Below, piece after piece: positions 13,151-24,993 of a DNA stretch of 64,000 nt; the first letter of the stretch is position 1, and every line of letters begins with the position of its first letter. The stretch lies in contig NC_043011.1 in assembly GCF_006345805.1 (NCBI RefSeq), positions 10,788,001 to 10,852,000 of the forward strand. Direction: 5' to 3'. The position numbers and the translations under genes were made by a program. This DNA comes from Octopus sinensis (taxonomy: Eukaryota). Under the pieces are notes generated by a model. The model did no database searches. It was not told the DNA's origin and saw only the letters and a program-made list of their open reading frames with translations.

Positions 13151-13510
13151 AACAAGAAACAAGATGAGGACAAATACTGTCAATTGTAAATAATGTAAAT
13201 AATGTACATAATTCCTCATCTCTTAAATATAGAACCGTCTTATTTTATTTCCCTGTGACCAGAAACATTTTCACACAACATTGGAAAGAAACTAGCAAAG
13301 CCTGCATGATAGTGACACTTGTTTACAACTATCAAACACTGTGAAGACAAAGAAACACACACACACACACACACTCACACACTCACTCTCACAGATACTT
13401 ATATATCTATAAGTACATATTATTATCGACATCATCAGCAGCAGCAGCAATGTCAACCACATAACACACATTGATATATATATATACACACACACACACA
13501 CAAATATATA

Positions 13511-14148
13511 TTAGGTTGGCAACTAAGTTCCCGCTGTTTTTTTAAATTTAAATTTTTTTAAAGGTTTAATAAAAAATAACAACAATAATGTATTCACCCT
13601 TGTTGTTTACAACTTCTTCCCAACTTTCAACAAGATTTTCAATACCTAGTTGGTAGAAGTCACCCGATTTCGACTCGAAAAATTGATCCAGCCAATCTCT
13701 CAATTCTGCAACAGTATTGAAAGAAACTCTGTGCATAGCATTTGAAAGAGATCGAAAGAGGTGCCAAATCAGAAGAGTATGGCGGGTATTTGTAGCACTT
13801 CCCAGCCATGCGTTTGAATGGCTTCCTTGGACATATTGGTGATATGAGCACGGGCGTTGTCATGCAGCAGAAGAACTCCATGCTGCCGATTAGGTCTTTT
13901 CTCTTGAATAGCCATGTTGAATCGTTCCATCTGTTGAACATAGAGTTCCATGTTGACCGTTTAGTTCCGTTCAAGCAATTCGTAATGGATAATCCCTTCT
14001 CAGTCTCACCATACGCACAACATCATTTTATGTGGATGAAGATCTTGTTTCATGTGCAGTGTTGCTTGTTTACTGGGGCTAAGCCATTCCTTACGCTGCT
14101 TCATGTTGATGTTCAGGCACCATTTTCTGTTACCAGTAACAATTTGTC
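13511..14148 (-). mobile_element. Mariner transposon, 3' half with one TIR, degenerate
   Basis: TA followed by TTAGGTTGGCAACTAAGTTCC TIR; transposase motifs IVTGNRKW (decayed TGDEKW), LLHDNARAH, PPYSSDLAP; ends at the RTE junction. Confidence 0.85.
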
Positions 14149-15564
14149 CACCAAGGTTCAGCCCTCAGTCCCCTTTTATTTATCATAGTCCTCCAGGCAA
14201 TAACAGAGGAATTCAAAACAGATTGCCCCTGGGAGCTCCTCTATGCTGATGACCTGGCCCTCATAGCAGAATCACTACCGGAACTAGAAAAGAAATTTCA
14301 GGTGTGGAAGCAAGGTTTAGAATCAAAGGGCCTTAGAGTAAATGTAGCAAAGACCAAAGTTATAGTAAGCAGAAAGGCGAACTCATCACACACACCCTTG
14401 GGCAGGTGGCCCTGCTCGATCTGTAGGAAAGGTCTAGGTAGAAACTCCATAAGATGTACCCAGTGTAAGCTATGGACGCATAAGAGGTGCAGCAATATGA
14501 AAGGGAAATTAACTGATAAGATAGCTTTCATATGCGGCAGATGCACAGGGACAATAGACACCACAGATACTCAGAAAACAGATTCCATCACACTCCAGTG
14601 GGAGAAACCAGAAGTAGTTGATAGTTTCCGCTACCTAGGTGACCAAGTTAGTAGTGGAGGTGGATGCTCAGAGAGTGTCACCACTAGAATACGAATAGCC
14701 TGGGCAAAGTTTAGAAAGCTCCTACCCCTACAGGCGACAAAGGGTCTCTTGCTCAGAGTGAAAGGTAAATTGTATGATGCATGTGTGCGAACTGCCATGC
14801 TTCATGGTAGTGAAACATGGGCTATGACTGCAGAGGACATGCGTAGACTTGAAAGAAATGAAGCTAACATGATCCGCTGGATGTGTAATGTCAGTGTGCA
14901 CGCACGACAGAGTGAAAGCGCCCTGAGAGAAATGCTGGACATAAGAAGCATCAGATGTGGTGTGCAAGAGAGACGCTTGCTATGGTATGGTCATGTACGG
15001 CGGATGGATGAGGAGAGATGTGTGAAGAAGTGCCGCTCCCAAACAGTTGAAGGTATCAGGGGGAGAGGTAGACCCAGGAAGACATGGGATGATGTAGTCA
15101 AGCATGACCTCTGAGCGTTGGGCCTCACAAAGGCAATGACGAAGAACCGAGATCTCTGGAGATATGCTGTGACTGCAAAGACCTGGGCTGCTTCCTGCAC
15201 CAGTTTCGCATAGCCCCAGCCCATTCAAAGTACCTTGGATTGCAGAACAACCTGCTGTGCTTGAGGAGACCTATTGAGTCAAGTACATGAACATCGAAAT
15301 AAATATCAAATGGAAATAGTAGTTGTGATACCTGTGCCAGTGGCACGTAAAAAACACCATCCTAACATGGCCAATGCCAGCTCCCCCTGACACCTGTGCC
15401 CACTACACTCACAGAGTGGTTGGTGTTAGGAAGGGCATCCAGCTGTAGAAACACTGCCAGATCAGACTGGAGCCTGGTGAAGCCCCCTGGCTTCCCAGAC
15501 CCTGGTCGAACCGTCCAACCTGTGCTAGCACAGAAAACAGATGTTAAACGATGATGATGATGAT
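14146..15564 (+). mobile_element. 5'-truncated RTE LINE (RT C-half with PHD insert, 3' UTR, (GAT)n tail)
   Basis: HQGSALSP..ELLYADDLAL..KTKV..C4HC3..FRYLGD..LHGSETW..GRGRPRKTW (ORF 14302-15114). Confidence 0.92.
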
Positions 15565-16345
15565 AGCCAAGAAATACGTGTAGTCATTTTACCAAATATA
15601 TACATCTTATTTATTGTTTTGCACATTACTTAATCATTAGTATATGTTTTTATCTTATATTTAATTTTTTCTATAGGATGTAATTTTTTTCTATATGGTA
15701 TTGTTGAATTGATAAAAGGTGTCTTTTTCTATTTTATATATATATATGTATATATATATATACACACTTTATTAATAAAGCTGCAAAATCAGCATGATCA
15801 ACGCCTGTGCCACCTGACTGACTCATGTGCTGGTGGCATGTAAAAGCAACCAATACACTCTCGATGTGGTTGGTGTTAGGAAGGGCATCCAGCTATAGAT
15901 ACCTTGCCAAATCTGATTGGAGCTTGGCGCAGCCTCCCACTTTGCCAGTTCTCGGTCAAACCATCCAACCCATGTCACTGTGTCTATGAACTGTGTTTTA
16001 GAAGCAGTTGCCAAACAAAACTTGGCAAGTAGCTTAAGAAAAACAAACCCATTAGACAGACTCAGTAACTATAGAGACAAGTATACAGAGGGTGGTGGGT
16101 AGGAAGGAATCTGTCTGGGTATATATGGTAGCAGACAGGTGATATATAACATCTAGGGGCGTACACTAATTACTCTTGTTATTGTATTTCTACAATTAGA
16201 TGGGAGTGTTTTTCAAGTTTTGGTAACATTAATCATCACATGTAGCAGAATAAAGAATCTGACTCCCCTCTTCCTCTTCCTCTTTCCATCCCTCTCTACC
16301 CACTCTCACTCTCTTTGTGCTCATATAAAGACACATACATACATT

Positions 16346-16387
<42 letters not shown>

Positions 16388-16690
16388 AAGCGATTATGTG
16401 GATAAACAAATTAGATATATTAAATATAACAGTTTGGATATGAAATACAAAATGTTATATATGTATACATACAAAACAAGAGAAAGCAAAGAGTGGAGAT
16501 TTCCAGGTGATTAATTTTAAAGTATAAATATATAGACATTTCGTTTATGGATTTGGTTTGCAAGATTCTTTATGTGATTTCATGTGCTGAAGCATATTTT
16601 GTTGTGTCTGGGGAGAGTCATTCTCTTCTAGTGTCTTATTATTTAACACACTCACTGGTAATGTTTCCACTCATTTACTTTTTCATTTTC

Positions 16691-16727
16691 CTAAAATTTT
16701 CGTTGTAACTTGCAACCTTTTCAATAG
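16691..16727 (-). ncRNA. Minimal hammerhead motif, U3-A8 core variant
   Basis: cta TTGAAAA g gttgc aagtt acaac GAAA at TT tag. Confidence 0.6.
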
Positions 16728-17803
16728 TCATTGACTCTGTCCATTATCTGAGCTGCATCCGTTTTGTTTGTTTGTGCGCATGTGTGTGGGTCAGTGTGTG
16801 TGTGCACACATGTATGTATGTACATACATATGTATGTATGCATGCATGCAAGTGTGTGTATGCATGTATATGTGTGTGTATACCTGTGTCTCCTTGTGTG
16901 TGCATGTCTGAGGGTGCCTGTGTATGGTTTTTTTGTGACTATATAATGTGTCTGTATGTATAGATGTGTGTCTCGATTTGAGTCCTTGTGTGAAGTGAAG
17001 TGTGTGTGTGTGGTCGTGTGTTTCAGTCTTCATTTGTGTATGTGTGTGTATGTGTGCTTGTCTGTTTTTATTACCTATGTACCTATCTGTCTGTATGTCT
17101 ATCTGTTCACTTTCATATCCATTTGCCTACATACATGTACATATACACATGCACACCCACACACATACATTTACATAACAATTCACTAACTATTCTACCT
17201 GTATATAAATATAAACTGTGGGTATTGGGGTAAGAATACCTACTACGTATATTTCCTATTTAGTACTGGGGATGTTTCATTTATGAGGATGTATTCCTGT
17301 ATTTGACTGAGCGTTGGGCCCTTTGGGTGCTTGGATAAAATGCAGATGTCAAGTTAACCCAGGTTGCCTCCATATTGGTCCTTGGCATATTGGTAGAGTA
17401 TAGAGGACTGTTTTTTATTGTCATATTGTCTCAAGTGTTCATTTAGTCTTTCGACAATGCTCCTAGATATCTCTATGTATGTCAAGCACCTTCTATGCAT
17501 CTTATGCTGTAGACTACATTTCTAGTTCTACAGTTAATGCCAGGGCTAATCCTACATACCATGCAGTTATCATTGGTGCATATGGCATTCTCAAAATGGT
17601 ACATCCTACATAGTTGTGATCTGATGGAGTTCCCTGGCTTTTCACCAATCTTAATGTTGAGTTCGAGCTTTCCTAAATCTACAGGTTAGTTCTCCATGGG
17701 CTGTGGCATACAAACATATATGTGTATGCGTGCACACACTGACCCAAACATGTGCACAAACAAACAAAAAGAACGCAGCTCAGCTAATGGACAGTATCAA
17801 CAA

Positions 17804-17841
17804 CTATTGAAAAGGTTTGTAAGATGCAACGAAAATTTTAG
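17804..17841 (+). ncRNA. Minimal hammerhead motif, U3-A8 core variant (inverted arm)
   Basis: cta TTGAAAA g gtttgt aagat gcaac GAAA at TT tag. Confidence 0.6.
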
Positions 17842-17919
17842 GAAAAGTAAATAAGTAAATGAGTAGAAATAATAAGGCACTAAATGAGAATGACACTCCC
17901 CAGACACAATATATAGATA

Positions 17920-19170
17920 TATTTATAATAATAAATCAAACATACAGTCTACAAACAAGTGAGAAAATTAAAGGGGAGGAAGTGAGGTGTTATAAGTCCG
18001 ACAGCTGTTTCTGGGGGGCTTGAAGATGCATTATAATGTTAGCCTCTATCATCAGCTCATAATGCAGAGAAGGTCAAATGTGGAATGATTAAATGTGGAG
18101 ATTAAGCAGAAATTAGAGGAAGTAGGAGGGTCAGTCAGTTTTTGGGGAGTGTCAAGACAGAGAATGGTGAGAAGAAATAAGAGAGCTAGTTCAGGAAGAG
18201 GGAGGGGGTTAATAATGTGGATGTTAAGAGTGGTGGTAGTAGAGGTGTAGAGTTGGGGGATAAGTGGGAAGGGTGGGATAGATAGTAACTGAAGGGGGGG
18301 GGGGGGTCAACTATTGTTGGGTTTGTGTATAGGTGTCAAAGTTTAGGGATTATTACTGGTAGAATTATTACTAGTAGTTGAGATGGTGGGAAAAGGAATG
18401 CCAATTATTTGAGGGAGGGAGGGAAAATGTCTAATTTGATAGTGGAGGGAGATTACTAAGGTGTCTAGAAAGGTATGAGAGAAGATAGAGGGAGATGGAC
18501 AGAGTGGGGAGTGAGTCAGTGTTCAAGGTAGCAGTGAAGGGTGGTGGAGGAGGAGTGCTGAGGTATGCAGAAGTGTATGAAATTGAATAGGAGAAGAATA
18601 GAGAGGGGAGAGATTGATAGATTAGTGATAGATAGGTTGAGCAGGGTAGTTGTGATTTTGGTTGAAGAGGAGAAATGACAGAACAGGGAAAGAAAACGAC
18701 CTGAGGCAATGAGTGGGATGGAATATGGTGGGTAATAGGAATTTGCAAAGGTAATCATGAGAAGGAATAATTTAATAGAAAGGGTGGTTATAAGTGGAGG
18801 AGGTAAGTTGCTAGGCTGACCAAGTTGTACCCCAATGTTAATTATAATTAAGGATAATCATAGTTATGGGATAACATAGATTTGGGCAAATGATGAGTAG
18901 AATCTGTATTCAGAAACGATTATTACATCTGAGAATTTGTTAAGTGATGAGGGGTTGTGTAAAGGATGGTTAGCAGTGGTTCCCTTAAACACAATTTACA
19001 GATGCTGAGGTTTATTTTGTATGGGGGAGCCTCACTTACAATAGACCAGAATAGGGTACAGGGAACATTTGGGGATTTGAGATTGTGTGTATAAGTTGCT
19101 AAGGAGGTAGAAAATTTAGAATTTGGACTGGAAAAAGATTTCAGGTGTGCTTGGTAGTGACACTTGAAAC
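17920..19170 (-). mobile_element. Degenerate Penelope-like element 3' part (GIY-YIG C-terminus, pyrimidine-rich 3' UTR, hammerhead at 17996-18058)
   Basis: FKCHYQAHLKSF..STSLATY..WSIVSEAPPY..CKLCLRE is a PLE endonuclease tail; CTGATGA...GAAACAGCTGTC near its 3' end. Confidence 0.7.
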
Positions 19171-19907
19171 CAAATGCCACGAATATAGACCATTGCTTAG
19201 TGGAAGTGTGGTGTTATCACTTGAGACTTGTAGACTACATTTTTGAGCAGACAGAAACCTCCAAGAGGGCAAAGTTCAGACTTCCGACAATAGCAAGTTT
19301 TCCTGCCTGCTCTGCAGTTGAAGTTTACCACTATGGAGGTCAGGTTCCTATGTGGTGGAAATATATACACTGACAGCCAGATTTAGCCAAGCCATCAAGA
19401 GTCTGAGTAGTCACTACTGACAAGCCTATGGTTGATAGGTAAAACTAGTTTAGTCTAGTGATCCTAGACACTCATAGGGCAGTTATTTCCCCTGTTAGTG
19501 AATATCTATTGCACACTTCTTATGGCACAAAGAGATTTTAACTGTTATTTCTTGCAATGTAAGTGCTCAGCACTCTCAGTCAAAATTAGTGATGAGAAAA
19601 TTTGTCCTATACAGTATTATATTGTGCTTAGCTGTTTATATTATTTTCATGTGTGTGTGTGGGGGGGGTAAATTCCACCAGGTAAATTTCATCATAGGTG
19701 AAATTATCATCACCATCACCACCACCACCACCATTACCATCATATTACATGGGTTATGATATTATGGAAATGAAAAAAAAAAGAATATCAATAATGTCAA
19801 TAAATACAAAAAATATGAGGGAGAAAAAATAATTAAGGAACAATCACCCAAAGAAATAAACAGTGAATACTGTTTCCTTCTTCTTCCCTCTCCCTTCCCC
19901 TCTTTCT

Positions 19908-20007
19908 NNNNNNNNNNNNNNNNNNNNNNNNNNNNNNNNNNNNNNNNNNNNNNNNNNNNNNNNNNNNNNNNNNNNNNNNNNNNNNNNNNNNNNNNNNNNN
20001 NNNNNNN
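19908..20007. other. Assembly gap (100 N)
   Basis: Run of N flanked by CT-rich repeats. Confidence 1.
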
Positions 20008-20081
20008 TGAAACTGTATACAGCCTCTTATTTACCTTGGCACCTTCCTCTCTCTCTCTCTATCTATCTATCTATCTTTCTT

Positions 20082-20112
<31 letters not shown>

Positions 20113-20873
20113 ATCTCCCTCTCTCTCTCTCTCTCTATCTATATCTCCCTATCTCTCTCTCTCTATATATATATAGATAATATAATATTGTTATAATTCT
20201 TTGTATGTGTGTATTTTTATCTCTTCTTACTATAGTTTTAATCCTGTAGAACATTGCAGTATTTTTATATATTGTATTTATAACCAAAACTGCTCCTTTC
20301 TATTTCCTCTTCTCTTCTACACTTCCTCCTACTCTGTCTATCTGTCTCTGTCTGTCTGTCTCTCTCTCTCTCTCCTTTTCTCTGACTCACTTCCTCATCC
20401 TATGCAGCAATGACAGATACCTCAAACATTCATGTCAAATGCTAAGAGCCAATGGGGGAGCTTCTGCATGGGCAGTCTCCCTCAAACCACACACACAATC
20501 TATATTTGGAAAACTGAGGTCCTGAATTCCGTATACATATGAAAAAGATAGAATGGTCAAAGCTGGTGTACTTTTAATTATAAGTCTCCTAATCATGGTT
20601 AACCTGGTGTTAAATAATGACAAACCAAACATTGTCTTACTTGGACTGTTTCCCTCATTGTTTGATGGCCTCAATAGAAAGCTCTCCATGATAACTTTCT
20701 GTTATCACCACCTACTCCATCATCGTTATCATTGCTACTAGCATTACACTCCTCTTTACATTTATCTCTACTGTCAGTTTTATCTACTGTCTTTAGAGGC
20801 AGATGATATTCTCATTGCTATTATCTCTCTACTCACCAACAGAAATATTTCTCATATAAAGCATAGCCGTTCT

Positions 20874-20911
<38 letters not shown>

Positions 20912-21196
20912 TAGAGTACAACAAACAAGACTAAGTCTTAATTATCTAAATGTCACATCATTAAATATGTAAAACACACACATTGTGGTACAGCTGCTTA
21001 CTTGTGTATGGATATATAAACTTGTGTAGTATTGGAGTAGAAATATATATATATATATATATATTAATAAAAGGAATTCCAACCTTGTCTGATTTTCACG
21101 TTTTATTTACAATCTTATAATGATATATTATAAGATAATATATTATAATTGAATAAAATAAAATGAAATAGTAGAATGTTAAATGTTCATTCTGAT

Positions 21197-21241
21197 TGAA
21201 CTAGTACTTTCATGCATTGAATTCTGCAATCTTCGGGTTCA
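21197..21241 (-). ncRNA. Minimal hammerhead motif, U4C variant (inverted arm)
   Basis: Reverse complement of 24578-24622. Confidence 0.7.
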
Positions 21242-22204
21242 TGTAGTAGTGGTGACAGTCATGCTTCACAATTTTTGACTGTAGCAAGATGATTGATTCT
21301 GTGCTATAAATACAGCTGGGTAGGCTCCAGAGTGCTAGGTTTTGCAAACTGTATTCTGACCAATCAGTGTGTATCACTCATTACTTAAGCTGATTGATTG
21401 GTTGGTTGAGCTGATTGTTTTAGGCATCACGCTTTGTTGGACATGTCAAGAGTCCTGTATCTTGACCCTGGCCGAAGCAGCAATTGTTGGTTATTTTTAG
21501 AAATGTTGTAAATATCCTTTGTCAGAGATTTTTATATTTTTATATTTCAATGTCATCATCATCATTGTCAGCACCTTAATTATTGTTGCTAGTGGTGATG
21601 GTGGTGGCAATAGAACTTTTAACCCTAAATAAGATAATTTTCCTGCTATCTTCATCTTGATCACCTTTAGTATTGTTGTTGTTGTTAGTGGTCATGGTCG
21701 TAGCAGTGAAAGTAGTACCTCTAAGTATTATTATTATTGCTTATTTAGCTTGGGTTTGAATTTATCAATAAAATTATTTTCTCTGATTCTCCTCTCGATT
21801 TCACTTGGGCTGTGTAATTTGTAGAACGGAAATATTATATACATTTTCCGGCCACATGTTGCTAGGTGTTACTCAAAGTATCTGACGGACCTCTGGGTCT
21901 CTAATCTGTTGTCGGTGTACACGTGAGCATTCTGATAGTGCATTTCCCATCTGACCTACATATATTTCTTCACAATTTGGGCATTTGATGCAGTAAATTA
22001 AATTTCTGCTTTTGCAGTTCATATTCGCGTTTGTGAATATTTTCCCGGTTTTTGTGTTTATATATTGACTGGTATGTATGAATTGGCATGTGCCACATCG
22101 GCTATCATTGCATTTAGATACCGTGAATGTTTGGTCTTTGTTGCTAAGGTCAAATTTTGCCTTTGTTAGTAATGTTTTCAAGTTTTTAGGCTGTCTTTTA
22201 CTAA

Positions 22205-24083
22205 AACGATCAAACAATAATAATTAAACAAGCAGATAAAGGTGGTGCAATTGTTATTATGGATACCGAATACTATAAGGATTTGGTTGAAGACCAACTG
22301 AAGGATACAACCTTCTATTGTGAAATACCCGCAAATATAGACCACCACATCATGAAAAAGATCAACAACCTGATCTCAACACACCACAACTCACTTACAG
22401 ATAATGAAAAAGACTACATCACCAATTTCGAACCAAAACCCAGCAACTTCTACGGCTTACCAAAAATACACAAATCAAAAAATATTCAACAGGCAGTAAA
22501 AGAACAAGAAAGTGAGTACATAAAATTACTACATCCAAAAGACCTAAAACTTGGACCTATTATAGCTGGTCCAGCATGCCCTACACACCGTCTAAGCAAT
22601 TTTATTGACATTGTTTTGAAACCACTATGTACTTACATACCCAGTTTCATCGGGATGACATCGACTTCCTGTCTCATCTTCCCAAAACAACAGAAACAAA
22701 TTCAGTTTTACTAAGTTTTGATGTGGTAAGCCTCTACAACCAATATTCCACACGATTAGGAATAAAGGCGATTAAATACTGGTTAGAAAAACATAGAGAA
22801 GTGATTCCTAGCAGATTCACAGTGCCATTTATATTAGACACAGTCAAACTTATTCTAGAAAATAACACATTCTTCTCTCAATGGAAAGAATTACATCCAA
22901 ATTAGAGGCACGGCGACGGGAACGAGTTTGCTCCCGTTTACGCCAACTCTGTAATGGGATACTTAGAACAACAACTCTACCAAGAGGTGGAGGTAAACTA
23001 TGGCACTGGATTTAGAAAGTATATTGAATAGGCATGGAAGAGATCCTAGACGACTGCTTCATAATCTGGACAGAATCTCTAAATACTCTGGAAGAGTTCA
23101 ATATCCTCCTGAACAACCTACACCCATCTCTCCAATATACAAAGGAGATGAATAGTACCAAATTACCATTCCTAGATATAATGGTAATTAAAAAAGACAC
23201 CACCATCACCACAGCTATATACTATAAACACACAGACACACATCAAAATTTTAAGTCGTGCCATCCACCACATACAAAACGTAACATCCCATACTGCCTA
23301 GCCAGAAGAATTTGTACCATTGTAGAAGATGCAAATATCAGGAACAAACGCCTAATAGAACTAAGAGAATTTTTGCTCAAACAAAAATACCCATCTCTAC
23401 TTATAGAAAATGGCATACAGCGGGCTATAAAAATACCCATACAACAACTTAGGACACCCAAGGAAGAAGGAAAACAAGAACAAGTCATACCATTCATAGT
23501 GACACACAACCCATGTCACCAGAATATCTTCAACATTGCCAAAGCAAACCTACCAATCATTGCCCAAAGTAATGAATTAAAAGACATAATCACGGATCGA
23601 GCTATGGTGCTTAGTAAAAGACAGCCTAAAAACTTGAAAACATTACTAACAAAGGCAAAATTTGACCTTAGCAACAAAGACCAAACATTCACGGTATCTA
23701 AATGCAATGATAGCCGATGTGGCACATGCCAATTCATACATACCAGTCAATATATAAACACAAAAACCGGGAAAATATTCACAAACGCGAATATGAACTG
23801 CAAAAGCAGAAATTTAATTTACTGCATCAAATGCCCAAATTGTGAAGAAATATATGTAGGTCAGATGGGAAATGCACTATCAGAATGCTCACGTGTACAC
23901 CGACAACAGATTAGAGACCCAGAGGTCCGTCAGATACCTTTGAGTAACCACCTAGCAACATGTGGCCGGAAAATGTATATAATATTTCCGTTCTACAAAT
24001 TACACAGCCCAAGTGAAATCGAGAGGAGAATCAGAGAAAATAATTTTATTGATAAATTCAAACCCAAGCTAAATAAGCAATAA
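22205..24083 (+). pseudogene. PLE RT/GIY-YIG ORF with several frameshifts (ORF pieces 22259-22714, 22627-22905, 23034-24083)
   Basis: Contiguous PLE motifs across frames; the breaks I inspected look like 1-nt deletions (e.g. WKR[F]LDD). Confidence 0.9.
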
Positions 24084-24399
24084 TAATAATACTTAGAGGT
24101 ACTACTTTCACTGCTACGACCATGACCACTAACAACAACAACAATACTAAAGGTGATCAAGATGAAGATAGCAGGAAAATTATCTTATTTAGGGTTAAAA
24201 GTTCTATTGCCACCACCATCACCACTAGCAACAATAATTAAGGTGCTGACAATGATGATGATGACAATTGAAATATAAAAATATAAAAATCTCTGACAAA
24301 GGATATTTACAACATTTCTAAAAATAACCCAACAATTGCTGCTTCGGCCAGGGTCAAGATACAGGACTCTTGACATGTCCAACAAAGCGTGATGCCTAA

Positions 24400-24515
24400 A
24401 CCAATCAGCTCAACCAACCAATCAGCTTAAGTAATTGAGTGATACTACACACTGATTGGTCAGAATACAGTTTGCAAAACCTAGCACTCTGGAGCCTACC
24501 CAGCTGTATTTATAG
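24400..24515 (+). promoter_or_regulatory. Candidate PLE pseudo-LTR promoter (CCAATCAG x2, CTGATTGG, TATTTATA)
   Basis: Three CCAAT boxes followed by a TATA-like box about 65 nt upstream of the hammerhead; AATAAA at ~24711. Confidence 0.5.
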
Positions 24516-24577
24516 CACAGAATCAATCATCTTGCTACAGTCAAAAATTGTGAAGCATGACTGTCACCACTACTACA

Positions 24578-24622
24578 TGAACCCGAAGATTGCAGAATTC
24601 AATGCATGAAAGTACTAGTTCA
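24578..24622 (+). ncRNA. Minimal hammerhead motif, U4C variant
   Basis: tgaac CCGAAGA t tgca gaattcaa tgca t GAAA gtac TA gttca: 5-bp stem I, 4-bp stem II, palindromic AGTACT stem III. Confidence 0.7.
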
Positions 24623-24799
24623 ATCAGAATGAACATTTAACATTCTACTATTTCATTTTATTTTATTCAATTATAATTATTATCTTATAATATATCATTA
24701 TAAGATTGTAAATAAAACGTGAAAATCAGACAAGGTTGGAATTCCTTTTATTAATATATTCTTCTATACACAATCACACACACCCATATATATATATAA

Positions 24800-24961
24800 A
24801 GTTAATCCAAACAAGAAAACAAAAAAACACAACAACGCAAGGACGTGGAACAAATAAAGTATTATTGGACGCTCAGGAAAGAAGGAGGGTTTAATGTTTC
24901 GAGCGGAGCTCTTCGTCGGAAACATAGGAGAAGGAAAGATCCCGAGAAGGGAAGACAGAGG

Positions 24962-24993
<32 letters not shown>

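Larger units (their letters stand above)
12688..13238. mobile_element. Palindromic head-to-head dimer of a tRNA-headed, hammerhead-bearing short retroelement
   Basis: Arms 12688-12911 and 12912-13196 are reverse complements (the left arm lacks an internal segment); each reads outward: tRNA-like head, (AAT)n, hammerhead, AT-rich tail. Confidence 0.8.
16540..17909 (-). mobile_element. Degenerate Penelope-like element: GIY-YIG remnant with inverted pseudo-LTRs
   Basis: Minus strand ~17540-17370 reads INCRTRNVVYSIRC..YI..SKRLNEHLRQY; ~16602-16805 is the reverse complement of ~17730-17909. Confidence 0.75.
21059..24759 (+). mobile_element. Young Penelope-like retroelement: 5'-truncated RT + GIY-YIG copy (22205-24759) preceded by a ~1.15-kb inverted copy of its own 3' end (21059-22204)
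   Basis: IKQADKGGAIVIMD, FYGLPKIHK, SFDVVSLY, LDDCFIIW, LPFLDI, C..RC.TC linker, NLIYCIKC..YVGQ; 21059-22204 is the reverse complement of 23611-24759 apart from a few 1-nt indels. Confidence 0.95.

Noticed and set aside
16764-17233. Cys/Val/His-rich ORFs (also 33459, 35072, 45151, 55425 and similar)
   Set aside because: Translations of (TG)n/(TA)n microsatellites or antisense of transposon ORFs
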